Source: Eledone cirrhosa (Eukaryota). From it: a stretch of 64,000 nt of DNA. A program made the translations under genes and the position numbers. A model generated the notes under the pieces. It did not search any database. It was given only the letters and a program-made list of their open reading frames with translations, and was not told the origin of the DNA. Shown here piece after piece: positions 26,720 through 40,222 of this stretch. The stretch spans positions 360,468,001-360,532,000 of the forward strand of contig OZ024743.1 in the NCBI GenBank assembly GCA_964016885.1, read 5' to 3'. Numbering within the stretch: the first letter of the stretch is position 1; each line of letters starts with the position of its first letter.

Positions 26720-28918
26720 ATATATATAATGAAAAATTTGAACAGGGACAGAACAGAGAGGCAGTACAATAAATGTTTATTAAATTCACGCTCAGGAGAG
26801 TGGGGGGTAGGTGGGGGACGACGTTTCGGGCATAAGCCCTTCCTCAGGTGAGAAGTGTGTGGGAACAGAGTTCAAAAGGTGTGTAGGGGAGTGGTGGAGA
26901 GACATATAGCGAAAGGAAACGGTGCGAATGAAAAAGTAACAAATAAAGACAAAAAATAAAAAAAAAAAATAAAGCATGATCAAAATACAAGGAATGAGAA
27001 AATTTAAAAATAAAGGCATGATCAAAATAAACTGAAATTAAAAGGGGTGTAAACAGGTGGTGGAAGGGTGTGGGGTGAGTAGGGGTGGTGGCGGGTGAAG
27101 TGGGGAGAGGGAGACGGGGTGTCCGAGCGGGGAGGGCTGAAGGTGGTGTGTGTGTGTAGGTGTGCGTGTGTGTGTGTGTGTGTGTGTATGTGAAAGTGAG
27201 GGTTGGGGGAAGAACGGGGTTGCATGTTCAGGAAGAGGTGTGTGTGGGGGGTGTTTTTGTGGGTCGGAGTGTCTGTGTGGATAGGGGGTGGGGGGAGAGG
27301 AATCAGGAGGCTGAGGGTGTAAAAATGTGGTGGGAAGCACGTGTGTGTGGGGTTTAAGCGTGTTGTGGGTGTGGGTGGCGTGTGGAGAAAAAAATGTTTT
27401 TGGGGTGTGTGTGTGGGTGAGTTATATAGGTGATGACGTAAGAGGATGCTTGAAAAGTTGGTAAGTTCCAAGGATGTTTGGAGATTTGGTTATAAGTCAA
27501 TTTCTGCGTGTGGGTAATCCATGAAGCGGTGGTCGGAAGAGGAGAGATGTGGGGCGCGCGCGCAACAGGAAGTGGTCAGCAGTGGGAGTGCTGTGGTCAG
27601 TTGGTGCTGGGAGGTAGTCAGAAGGGCATAGCAGCAGTCGGTGGAATGGTAGGGAGGCGAGGATGGGTAGGTGTGAGAGTTGGAGTGAGGAGGGTGTGTG
27701 TGTGTGTGTGTATTAGTAGGGGTGTTAGTGGGATGAGTGAGTGTGGAGCGGGGGTGTGGGTGGAGCGGGGAGAGAAGGGTGTGTGTGGTTCTATGGAGGG
27801 AGTGTGGTGTACTGGTGTGTGTGTGGTTTGGTGAAGAGGTGTTAGTGGGTGTTAGTATACGGGAGGTGGGGAGGGGTGGAATGCAGGTCTGAGTGGGGGT
27901 TAGTGGTGGTAGGGTGTGTAGAGTTGGTGGTGTACGAGGGTGTGTGGGTACGTGTGCGTGGGGTTGGGGGGTGTTAGTGATGTTAGTTGCGTGTGGGGTG
28001 GGTGGTGTAAGTGGGTGCGTGTGTGCGTGTGATAAGGAGGGGGGAGGAGGAGAAGAGGGGAAGGAAGGGATGTTAGTATGTTAGTTGGGGAAGGGTGGTC
28101 AGATGAGGGGTAGAGTGGAGGTGTTAGTATTGATAGTGTGAGGTGGACGGTGAAAAGGAGGGGTGTGTTGTGGTGTTAGTGGGGGATAAGTGTGGGGGGA
28201 GGGGGTCGGTCTAACGCTAAAGGAATAAGGGTGGGGAGTTCAGGCCGGGGGGGAGTGTGGGTCTGTAAGATGAAGATAGTTCGTTGTTCGACCGTAAGGC
28301 GATGGGCGGGTGTTCCGTGGCACTGGAGTAGGCCACAGACTGTGAGATGGCGTGCGGGTGTCCAGGGCCACCAAAGTGGCGGGCGATGGGGGAACTGCCC
28401 CCGAGACGAATATCCCGGAGGTGCTCCGTGACTCGGTACGCCAGGCGACGTCCCGTCTGTCCGACATAAGTCGTAGACTAGGTTGGAGGAGGTGAAGCGG
28501 AACGGGAGACGGTGGGTGGGTGTGTGGTGGCGTGGGGTGAGGGTGGTGGAGCGGAGGATAGCACGGGCGCGGGTGAGAGCGGTGTAGACGAGAGAGGGGG
28601 GGGGGTAACCTCTGCGGATGAAATGGCTGACTAGGGAAAGGGCCTGGAACTCGAAGTCAGCATCACGGCTACAGAGGCGGCGGATCCTGAGAAGTTGGGA
28701 GTAGGGAATGGAGAGTTTAGTGTGGGTGGGGTGGGAAGGGGAGAAGTCGAGGTAAGAGTGGGAGTCGGTGGGTTTGAAGAAGGCGGAGGTGACGAGGGAG
28801 TGGTGGGAGGGGTCGAAGGCGACGGAGATGTCTAAGAAGTGGACGTGGGTGGCGGAGATAGAGGTGGTGAAGTGGAGGGAGGGGTGGAAGGAGCAGAAGA
28901 AGGAGAGAAAGGAGTCGA
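26720..28918 (-). mobile_element. 5'-truncated, internally deleted Penelope-like element (Neptune-like) with a C-rich coding strand
   Basis: Minus strand encodes FHPSLHFT..HVHFLDI..FKPTDSHSYL..IPYSQLLRIRRLCS..RGYP and YVGQTGRRL..R..EHL..P.GLN; terminal HHR. Confidence 0.9.
26812..26852 (-). ncRNA. Minimal hammerhead ribozyme at PLE 3' end
   Basis: CTGAGGA-a-GGGC-ttat-GCCC-GAAAC-GTC: canonical CUGANGA/GAAA core with 4-bp stem II. Confidence 0.7.
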
Positions 28919-28939
28919 TATATATATATATAGTAATAT

Positions 28940-29075
28940 AATAATTGTTTCTACTTTTGGCACAAGGCCAGCAATTACCCAGTACGTTACTGGTACTTTA
29001 TTTTATCGACCCCCGTAAGGATGAAAGGCAAAGATAACCTCGGCGGGATTTGAACTCAGATCGTAAGGGGACGTA
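28940..29075 (-). mobile_element. Meta-type SINE copy (5'-truncated)
   Basis: Reverse complement of part of 10628-10817. Confidence 0.85.
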
Positions 29076-29098
29076 ATATAATAATATAATAATGAGAT

Positions 29099-29141
<43 letters not shown>

Positions 29142-29208
29142 CGTTATTCCGGGTTGAATCGGAGGTAACCACAGTAAGTAAGGTACTCAATACATAGCAG
29201 AGTATAAC

Positions 29209-29330
29209 AGTTTTAATATAGAAGAGATTCTACAGGACTAGAACTGTTTCATTCATTAGAAATCATCAGATTCCTGATGATTTCTAATGAATGAAACAGT
29301 TCTAGTCCTGTAGAAGCTCTTCTATATTAA

Positions 29331-29334
<4 letters not shown>
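29209..29334. repeat. ~61-bp-arm palindrome containing an HHR core
   Basis: Arms 29209-29269 / 29274-29334; CTGATGA at 29274, GAAAC at 29293. Confidence 0.9.
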
Positions 29335-29404
<70 letters not shown>

Positions 29405-29538
29405 CAGGAAAGAAGGTTTACATGGTTTGCTATACAAAAAAGTTTTTAATCACATAGCTTACATTTGTTTCACTGAGCTGGAATACCATAACTGGACTTC
29501 ACCTAAGTGGACTGCATTTAACTATTATTTGTTAATCC

Positions 29539-29600
<62 letters not shown>

Positions 29601-29739
29601 CCTCTCAAGCAGATCATCTTCTGTATTCCCAATCTTTGCTCCCTAAATACAGGAAGCCCTCAACCAATTCAAGCGGCTTCCCACCTACATTAGCAATCCC
29701 CTCTGGCTTCTCAACATTATCTGCCAAATATTTTGTCTT

Positions 29740-30228
29740 AGTCTCATTCAGCTCGAGATTGGTGTGGAAGTTGGACCTTCGTGAAGACCTGAAAATCCGC
29801 CTCTTTATTGCTGTAGTTTAGTCTGCGCTGCTGAACGTGTCTGAGACTTTGACACTGACCAACAAAATCACTCAGATGGTGGATGGGTGCTAGATGAGAA
29901 TGTTGAGGATGGCTCTGAACATTAATCAGTATACACTAAGGATTAAAAACTCAGAGCTGTATGGAAGCCTCCCTAACGTCAGCTCAAAAGTGACACAGAG
30001 GAGCCTGAGGTTAGCTGGACATGCTCACAGACATCCAGAGTTGACATTGCACTCAGTGCTCCTGTGGGAGCCCCTACATGGACACACTGGAAGAGGATGA
30101 CCAAGGTTAATGTATGTTGATGCCCTAAGGACAGACACTGGTCTGTTGGAGACGCAGGACATGGCAGCGATAATGAGGGACAGAGACCGCTGGAGAGACT
30201 CGTCCATGGATCTCGAGGATTTTACCCG

Positions 30229-30231
<3 letters not shown>
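29740..30231 (+). mobile_element. RTE-X/RTE LINE 3' fragment
   Basis: LKIRLF.AVV.S.LL..SET.TLT, RMLRMALNI, LRLAGHAHRH, LLWEP.HG..GRG, M.DRDRW. Confidence 0.85.
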
Positions 30232-30265
<34 letters not shown>

Positions 30266-30677
30266 CATGTATGCGAGTGTGTCGTTTCAACCTTAACCAG
30301 TGTTTCTCGATGATCCGAAGAGACAAAATAATCAGACTCGATAATCAGAGCTATATATCAAATTATAAAATAAGAGAAAATAATAGACACATTTTTCTTC
30401 AAATTCCCGACTGTACAGTTTCGTTGATCCGTATGCAACAATTGTACATTATAGATATGCATCAACATTGTGAGCTTATCAAGAAGACATCAAGGAAAGT
30501 ATTGTTTTCTAGACGCGTTTGTAGGAAGTGAGTAAATCTCTATAGGCGGAGGGAGGAATTAACACGTGATATATCGGTCAAGAAAGGGGACTGATTCCCT
30601 TGTAGCAAGTGGAAAGTATCTCAAAGGGCGGAGGGAGAAATTAATACATGATACAGAATTAATACAGAGGTCACAGT

Positions 30678-30721
30678 TTTACTTTTGAAAATCATTAGAA
30701 CTGTGAAACCGGTAAAGTAAA
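30678..30721 (+). ncRNA. Minimal type I HHR-like motif (U3-A8 variant); related copy at ~42060-42100
   Basis: TTTACTT-TTGAAAA-tcattagaactgt-GAAA-CCGG-TA-AAGTAAA; perfect 7-bp stem I abuts the core; stem II is weak. Confidence 0.55.
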
Positions 30722-33559
30722 TAAATATTCTTAACAGACTTCAGTTGCATTTTCAATTTCTTTTCCTTATATAAGCTAAATATGATACAGTATAATCGAA
30801 TTTTATAACAAGAAAAATCAAAGAAATATTATCATTTTATGCCCTCTGTCCAACTGCCGTTTCCATACCAACGGAGAAAATGTTTTCAAAATCATTTATA
30901 TGAGTCTCTATGTGTAAATAATAGGAAAAGTCACCCTATTTCAGAGAAAAATATGCTTCGATTCAAAGGTTATGCAAATATAAAGCCACCCCCGACAAAA
31001 GGGGCGGCACTCTGAGAGCCCCTCCTGGCATATTAGTGTTAAGACAATAACAATAATACCGATATTTGTTCAGAATAATTCCAATTACTTCTTTATATTC
31101 TACACTAACCTAGCTCTTGCTTTTCTAGTTACTTACCAGCATGAAATCCCTAATCGAGCAAATATATAGTCACAGTCAGAGCTATTCTAACTTTAAGAGT
31201 TTTCTAGGACTATTTCCTCTGGTCTATTGATTCTATATCATTTACTAGAGATTAGTTTGTCAGAAGTTTCTTTGCTACCTTTTGCAGGCGTATATTGTGG
31301 AATGGCAAAAGAAACCTACAGAGTATCTTCTGTTGAATATAATATCAATTTCATTCTTTTCCAAGACGTTTTTAAGGCATAATTTTGAAGGCATTAATTT
31401 ATTCCACCCTGTGAAGCGAAGCACGTTGATCACACATTCACGGATATCTGTTTCGGGAATATGAACATAGAATTATATTGATCGCCCCAATGCCTTAATA
31501 CCTTTCAACTTTTGTTTACGATGCTTAGCGTCTAATACAGTTGATGGTATTGAATGAAAGCGGACAGAAGGAGGTAGTTAAAGTGGAAAAAATCATTGAC
31601 ATGCCATGAGAGCATTCGATTTACTCTGTTTTAGAATTATTTCCAGTTGATGTATAATACACTATACAGTTTACCTTATCGAATTCTGCTGTTTTTGAAC
31701 AAAGATTTAGAAATAATTTTAAGGGGCTTCGATTTCCAATTCCGGATGTGTTTGGTAAAGATATATTTTCCATAATTTTCCCTTTCATTTCTACATTATG
31801 CCATTTATAGTGAGCTCTATAATTGTATTGAATTGTGTGACATAAGAAAAATTACCCTTGATGTGTTAACACTGCTGAGTTAATCTACATTAGATACATC
31901 AAAATTGGGTAGATAATTATGATATCAGTGTCTATTACGATGGAACGTTGAATGAGCTAGTCTTGTAATGTGACACATCTACCGCACCGTAGAAGAAATA
32001 CAATATATAATCTGTTGGTCGAATGTGTGATACCGTGTAGATTTCATATCTTCTTCTTTCTCTACTTCTTTATAAGAAACTATATTTATGTATCTTTGCT
32101 TTTTAACACACATCATTATCTAACTTTCTTTTATATTTTTCTCTCTTTGTCTCTCCTTTGGCTCGTCTCTCTCCGCCTCTCATTCAGTCCGTCTCTTTCG
32201 TTTTACTTGCTTTCATTAATACATAATTAAAGCACACTACATGCCAATAGATTACTATGCAATTCTTATACTAAATTACATCTTTCAGACAAAGTTGATA
32301 CCTTAATACTACAAAACATTTTCACCATATTTTCTTATAACAATATTCTAGTGATCTAATAGATTAAACCTGATCGACAGTGAATCATTAATCTACGGAT
32401 ATTTATTTGCTTCTGTATTTAAAGCTTTATATTCATTATTACTGTCTTTGTTTTGTATATTTTTCAGTATATATTTTCAGATATCGGCATAACATACTAT
32501 CTGACCGATTTATGTTCTGTAACAAAGTTGTTAGTTCGGTGACGCGATCGTAGCGAGTCGATATTTCAGCCTGTTTTTTTTTTCTTTTCCATTGAGACCT
32601 ATTCACTATGCTTTCATGGCTAAATTAGTTGAAAACACTTTGACGTCACACAATATCATGCCTCACATCACTTACATATTCATTGAGATTTATAGCTGAC
32701 TATAACCATCGTTATTTGTGACAAATGTGTTCAATGCAGCAGCAAATCTGATGGAAATGTTGAATATCAAGCCTGACTAAATCAGATTGCTTAAATATCT
32801 TAGTATTTAAAACCAAATTATCTATGAGTAGATTTGTTATTTTGTAGTTTTGCTGTTGTAGCTTATCTCCAAGAACGTTGTTGTTTTCTTCGGTTCAATT
32901 CATCTACGCAGAGAGCCCTTAAACTATTCTACAGCCGCACACGTAGCAGCTATAATTTCTCTCCTGAATGATCAGTCGTATGAATTTAATGATATTATAT
33001 GACATTTGACCTCTACTATTCACAATTCTGTGATTCGTCTGTGAGTGATGTAGAGGAGGATTATGTGTCCATGAGACAACGTAACACACGTGTATGTATG
33101 CCAGTGATGAGCACATACCCATATTGCTCCTCAAAAGTGCTCCCGAGCAAGAGCTCGATGTCGTCCCCAATGTCCTTGTTAATGACTTACGTTCCAGATT
33201 CCCAACTGACCACAAATGAAGACGTTGAGATTAATATACCTATTCGGTAATATTAACGATAAAATATTGGTCACTACGATCACTCGATAAGACTGTATGA
33301 ATGCATGTCTCTGACTCTCTTTGTTTTAGTGCTCGACATGGTACTGTAATGAATCAGCGCGTATCAGTAAATGGATCAAAGAAAAGTCCTATGTATCTCT
33401 GGAGGCAAACAACGCTAACTGTTGGTGACTGCACGTGTACAAAATAAGGAGAAAATTCCTTAGAGATTATGAATATACACAACTTTATTCTACATAAGTA
33501 CTAGAATCTCAACAACAGACCATTTATGGTCTACACCCTAGCGTCTCCGTTCATAGAAA

Positions 33560-34250
33560 ATTGGGAATTAAGCTACAATATGGATCTAGAGTCTGATCAT
33601 ACCACCAACACTGTTAATATTGTAATTCCTATGACCATCGCAAACCTGAGCTATTGTCAAACACACAAAATATAGCCTAAAGTAAAAAAATATCAATTTA
33701 AAAAAACTGACTGAATTAAGTTTACTAATTACTTAAAAGCAGTACTATTACACCACAGCAGATTTTACAATGTCTAATCAGCTGAAGAGCTAAATACAAG
33801 ACGACAAATAATTAGTGAAGAGTTAGAAGCATTTTGGGAAGAATCCAAAGATAAGCTCACAAAATTTCTATCCTCCACTTTCTCATCCAGATTTGACATT
33901 CAAAACTTACCGATCATTGAGTAATGCAAATAGAGGAAGACTATGCTGGCTTCGAACTAGCCATATACCTTTGAACTACATTCTATCAAGAACAGGTCGT
34001 AGTGATTCACCTCTACTTTCTTGTGGTGCCTTTCCAGAAACTCTTTGGTACTATTTCTTCCAATGCAGTAACTATCAGTCTGAGAGAGAGGTTATATTGA
34101 AACCAACCTATAAAAAAATTAATCAGATTAGAAGTTCAATACGTGGTTAAAAGTCTACCAATTTAAAAAAAAATCTTTGAGGACAAGGAAGCTACGAAAA
34201 GATTCAACAAGAGAAACTTCTAGCTGTTTTACAGTATTCCGTGTTACCTA
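33560..34250 (+). pseudogene. Internally deleted I/R1-group LINE remnant
   Basis: DLESDH (end of APE domain), then LRTSH.PLN..L.R....SP...CG..ETL.Y.F.QC..Y..ER C-terminal finger. Confidence 0.55.
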
Positions 34251-35245
34251 TTTTTCTTTTCGTTTTCATTTGTTATGCCTCTTCCTCGCATTAGTTTTCA
34301 ATATTTGAAAGCCTTATTTTCATTATTTTATTTTTCTGTTTTTCATTCTTATTTGTTTCCTGCATTACTTGTCTCACTAACTGTTTTTTGATTACCAACT
34401 GTAAGGAGGACTCGATACTTCCCCTAGTCTGTCATGGCTTACTAGCTCTATAAGGATGTTTAATTTGATTAAATATATAAATAAATATTCGACTGTCAAT
34501 GTTCCAATATATTAATGTGTCTGAAACTTTCTATTTCAATCCAGGTATCAGAGGAAATTTATTTTAACACAAAACCTATTTATATAATATCATGTCAATC
34601 ATTAACAAAACCTTAATTAATTACAGCAAGACTAATCGAGTGATATTACTGATAATTATTTTACGTAAACCGCTTATGATTGAAAGGCAAAATCACTCCC
34701 GGAAGAGTTTGATCTCCGAATTGCCATTCATTTGGTTTTAGTATAGCTACTTGTCACGTATTTATTCGATGCAACATTATTAATCGCTGCCATAATATGT
34801 AAATAAGTAATAGATAGTAATTGCAAGCAATCGACCGTTCATATTTGTTTGAAAGGTGTCCATATCAGCATAGTAAGATACGAAATTATTCAATAAATTT
34901 CAGCCAGAATGGCATGGAGCCAATAAATCCTTCTCTCTCTCTCTCTTATTATCATCGCTTATTTTAACGAATTTTAATAGTGGTCAGAAGAATGTTTTTC
35001 TCTGTTATCCCGTGTAACACCATCTACGAGTTATAATGCTATTATTAGAGAGAATACTGATGCTTATCCACTCAAAGAATTCTCGATTATTTCTCATTGT
35101 TTACAATGACTGGCGATAGTTTGATTTTAATAAGCAATTATATGCGAAGAAGCGGTATCCTAAACACACGCGCACATACTCACATGCCCATACGCATAGC
35201 TTCAAACAAACTAAATCTGTCATAGATATATATACGCACTAACTG

Positions 35246-35337
<92 letters not shown>

Positions 35338-35922
35338 GGGATAGAGGAGGGAAGGAGAGAGAGTTAGGCAAACATATGTCTGTACAAGATATATTCAATC
35401 ACAATAACAATACATAATAATTGGAAAATGCGAACAAAACAAAACATCTATACAATAAATACAATAGATATTTTCATAGTTATCATATAACTTTATCATT
35501 GAACGTAAGTATAGAGGATTGGCATTCATCCAGAAAGAAGATGTACGTTTAATGCATATAATGTCTTTGGTTGTTAATCCAAACACACACATTAACATAC
35601 AGTTTCTGAAATATTCAGCCTTGTACGCACACGAAGAAAGGAATTCCTGAAAGATATATTGTATTCAAAGATTTTGTGCTTAAGCTTCATGTGTGATATC
35701 TGACACGGCATGAATATTTAAAAGATTATTATTTCATACAGCACCGAATCATAGAAAGGCTTACATGAGTCCAAGAGTATAAGAATTAAGAACAGCACAA
35801 ACCCATTGTAATACTACACAAACTTAATATATATCTGCGTTCATGTATGCATGTATGTAAATGTGTACGCGTTCATACATACATACATATTACATACATC
35901 TACCTACGTATACAGATAAATA

Positions 35923-35984
<62 letters not shown>

Positions 35985-37599
35985 GAATACATATGTACAT
36001 ATACACGTCTGCCCATGCGTGCGTTTATATAAATGAATATGGCTGTTTCTACATTTGTGTTTGTGTGCAGTCTCGTAAAATTCACTATATTTGATATACA
36101 CAGACAGATCTTTCATATATTCGTACGACATAAAATTACTTAATTCATACAAAAATGCGAAAGGACGTCAGTACGCATATATTTGTTTGTATGTGTGAGA
36201 GCATGTGGTTATTTCTGTATTCGTGTGCTATATAGTGTAATAAACTCTCATGGTTCTGAGTCAACACAACCCTTTTGGATATCTAATTCCGTGATGTCAC
36301 TTCATTCATGAAAACCTAATTTTACGAGCGAAAGTATGTATCTCTATATGATAGATTAACTTAGTGAAATAGCAGCTAAAACTATTTCAAATAAACAATA
36401 CTATATTTAGTGTTTGGGGGATGATGTAAGTAATGTAGTCCTAGATACTCCTGAAATAGCAACTATGTTGCATCGGTATTACAATTGATTATATGTCAAA
36501 TAGGTGAAGTGTGCCCTATAGCCAAGAACAGCAAAAAGAGCAATGTACATGAACAATGACGATATCCGCTGGCACATTTCACATCAACACTGTATATGAT
36601 TCAATAAGACGGTGCATCGTCAAATTTGTTAAAGAGAATGTGTTATGGCTCTCTTTGTTCTGAGTTCAAATCTCGTCGTGGCCAACTTTTCCGCTTAAGC
36701 TTTTGTAGTTAAAACTAACGTACCGGTCTATTTGCGGGATCGCTTCTTCCACTGCCTCTCCTCCTGTTCTCTCCCTCTCTATTGCTTTGCTTCTCTGGTG
36801 GCTGTCTGCTGTGTTCAGGTCTGGAGATTGGCTCTGTCATATTTACAATGTCACAATTGTAACTCTCCGAATCCACGAGGTGTTCCGTGTCTATGGTTGG
36901 ATAGATATGATCCAATACAGCATAGAAATTTTACTCGAGTTCATGTTACATACAAACAATATAAATATATACACAAATATGAACAACGTAGCTTGTTCGT
37001 TTTTTGTGTTATTCCCACATTTTATATTTGCCCATAAACCTTGTGATGTTTATTTCATATCTAACTTTTAAATGAAGAATCGTATTTAATTTCTTTAATG
37101 CCATACGCCAAAATGCTCCTGACTCTAAATTAACATTAGTATTAAGATAATCTCTTCTATCAATGAGTAAACCTATAATTAAAATCCTTCCGTCCATTAT
37201 CATCCTTTCTTATTAGGATTTTCCGGTACTATATTGTACAATGTTTCCTTTCTTAGTTTCAGACTTAATGTGCAGATTGTGTGACCATTTAAATTAAACC
37301 ATGTTCTCGTGATTGCATGAACATCTTCAGTTACTTCCTAACTGGTGAAACGGAGGATGGGGTTTCTCTGACCAGTAACCATCCCAAATGTTCTCTAAAC
37401 TCCTCTAATCGCCATTATGTGGGTGTGGAATCTGATGATCATTTCAGTCTAATATACAAAAAAATGGATTATTTTTAAAGAAACGCTATTTCGGAAAAGG
37501 ATTGTAGCGGTACACCCTCTACTTTAAAAACAATGAATTAATATGAACAAGCGCTATTTCAACACAGGATCTACCGCTACTGAGAAGTTACTGAACAAA

Positions 37600-40222
37600 C
37601 AATAATTCAATACCGGATGCACCGTTGTACACTGCTACCAAATACTTGTTGTTTAGAGTTAGCTAACCTTTCTCTTCTTCATGTCCATTTGATAAATACC
37701 ACCCATTTTCACTCTCAATCTCTATCCATTTTTGCCCTCTCCCTCCCTTGGCTGTATCAGCTAACACTTCATTTCCATTTGCTCCGCAAACATTGTCGTG
37801 GATGCTGCCCCATCCAGAAACATCACTCAATACAGTGTTGGACGTGTCTGAGGCACCTGCCCAGCCTCCCAGCCTACAATTTCGTTCGAGTGCCACGCAC
37901 AAGAGGTGGAAGAAAGGAAAGGAGTTTCCAACCGTAACAATTTCTTCCATCTTTCTTGCGCCAACTTACAAGACGCGCATCCGAATCCCTGCATCACTTT
38001 CATTGCCCGCGATGCATAAGCCCAATAAAACCACATTTTGATCTGGATGCAGGAGTGGACACAAAGTCAGAAGAGAATGATGACTTAACCACACTCTACC
38101 TGGACGATATCTTGGAAGCTATCTCCCGTTTCAGGCAGTCAGGAAGAGTTATTGACAAGAACCACACTTTCGTGGCTGAAACGCTAGCGTCGTCCATCGA
38201 TCAGACTCTCAATCCAACAGCCGGCAATACTGGAACAATCTCAGTTTTGCGCCGCTCATATTTGGAGTCCCGATGATGAGGGAGGGTTTGGTCCACTCCT
38301 TGACATAGAGGTTCAGAGGCAACGTAGCTTCTTTCAAACAACCCTCACCAAACATCTTCATGCCACTCACAGATTGCCCATCTACGCCAACACCAGGAAC
38401 GCAGTCTCCTTGCAACTGAGCAAAAAGGCTCGGCGGCAGAGTCACTCCGAAACTAATCGAAGATGATGTTTCAGCTGCGTGGTGTATACGGGCCTTGACG
38501 GAAAGGGTACTACAGCACACACTGGAGATCCAGGTTCTCTCCTACGCAAGCACTCAGACCCCTCGAGCGCGTCAGTGACTTTACAGATCCCTGACAGTGT
38601 TGTTGTCTTCTCCACGTACGACGGGAATGAGACAGCAGCCCTAGCATTCTTCCCAAGGAGCAGTAGCAGTGTCTTCGGGCCGAGCTTCCTGGCTATGTTC
38701 CTGTCCTTCTTTTCTAAGCAGACTCTACAGCATTCAAGAAGAATGAGAATAACAGACAGCACATTGCAATAGGGAAAATATGCCGTTGACGTGAGGTGGA
38801 CGTGTTCTGCAGGTAGACCGTTGACAACCTGAGCGAGGTATTCATCTCTATTCAGCTCGGATAGGGAGTTACGTGTAGATGTGTTGTGCCAGCTCATGCG
38901 GCCAATCACATCATACACCGCACGCCTCATTCGAAACAGCACCTCTTAGTGAAACTGGACATGCGTAACGCCTTCAACATCTTTAGGTGGTTCCACCTTT
39001 CAGCGACGTGCTTTAGAAGCGCTTCCTCGTTGTATCGTCTCGCATACGTCTATTATGGGACAACCAGCACATTCTTGGCTGTTGACCAAAGGATTTCCAC
39101 CCCCCGGTGTCCAGCAATGGGACCACTCGCCCCGTTTCCTCTCGCGGTGCCTCTAGATGCCATGTTACACAGTCCGCACACTCTTTAATGTTATGTACTT
39201 GGATGCCGTGACTTTGTGATGCTCGCTTGAGTTTGTTACTGAGGAACTTGAGTGGGTTATCCCTGACCTAAGACACCTAAAATTAGATATCAACCTGTCC
39301 AAGTCCAAGGTTGTCTTGTGAAGCAGGCTGCCTGCATTCTCGGCTCTCTAATCCTTTTGAAAGCCATACGTGAATACCAAATATGCAGACTTGATGAGAA
39401 TGACAGAAAAACTGCGCTTCATCGAGCGTATCCGGTGCTCTTCCTCATAAGGAACTGCTGCACTCTCCCAATATTCCTCTTCGCGGTACACGGCGCGTCT
39501 TGCCACCTGATCGACTCGTTAAACTCGATGTCACTATCCGAAAATGTGAGGAACTCAACAGCAATGGTTGCTTCTTCAGCGCCGGTTGGCAAGAGGTAAA
39601 ACTTGCGAGAGCTGTGAGGCGAAATGGTAGTGCAAGCATTCCAACAGATCAACTTTCTTATGTTTCGAAGGGACAAATCCATAATTTCAAATGCAATGCG
39701 TTGTGACTAGTTCTCCACCTCCAAACGTTGGTCACATGCACGGGCTCCGCTCCCCCAGAATGTAGGGGAAAGAAAGATAGTCAAATACTGAGGCCTGGCC
39801 GACCGCTTCCTCTTTGCACCGGTCTCCGTCGAGACCTGTGGCGTTCTTGATCCCCGCTTCACTGATTCCCTTCGCAAAGTCGGAAAGACGGTGGTTTGAT
39901 TGAAGAGGCAGCTCCGTAAGTCAGGGCAACTGCTGCAGCGGTTTTTCTCTTGGTATTCGCCGCGGTAATGCCTTTGAGGTTTTCTATGCGGGGCCCGGCT
40001 GAGTTACCACTCAGACTGGGATGTAGTGTCAGTTTCTCTTCTTCCTTCTATCTTTTGTTGCTTGATCCATCTTCTTTTTCCTTCCTTCCATTTCCTGTTT
40101 TTTATTCCTTTCCTGTTTCCTTTAACAGTGTGCTTTGTTTTTATCAGATATTGCTGAATTATTTGTATATAGTGTCAACATTTTTTCATGACCTTGAGAG
40201 ATTTTCTATATTGAATAAATAA
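37600..40222 (+). mobile_element. Decayed CRE-clade non-LTR retrotransposon (RT + RLE)
   Basis: KL.EDDVSAA, TAFKKN...HIAIG, QLG.GV...AHAA, LVKLDMRNAFN, GVQQ.D, NVMYLD.VTL, K..KY.GL..RFLFAPVSVETCGV, LQR.SL.IRRGNA; 5' boundary uncertain. Confidence 0.85.

Noticed and set aside
38442-38942. 166-aa minus-strand ORF suggesting an internal inversion
   Set aside because: CRE RT motifs run colinearly on the plus strand through this interval
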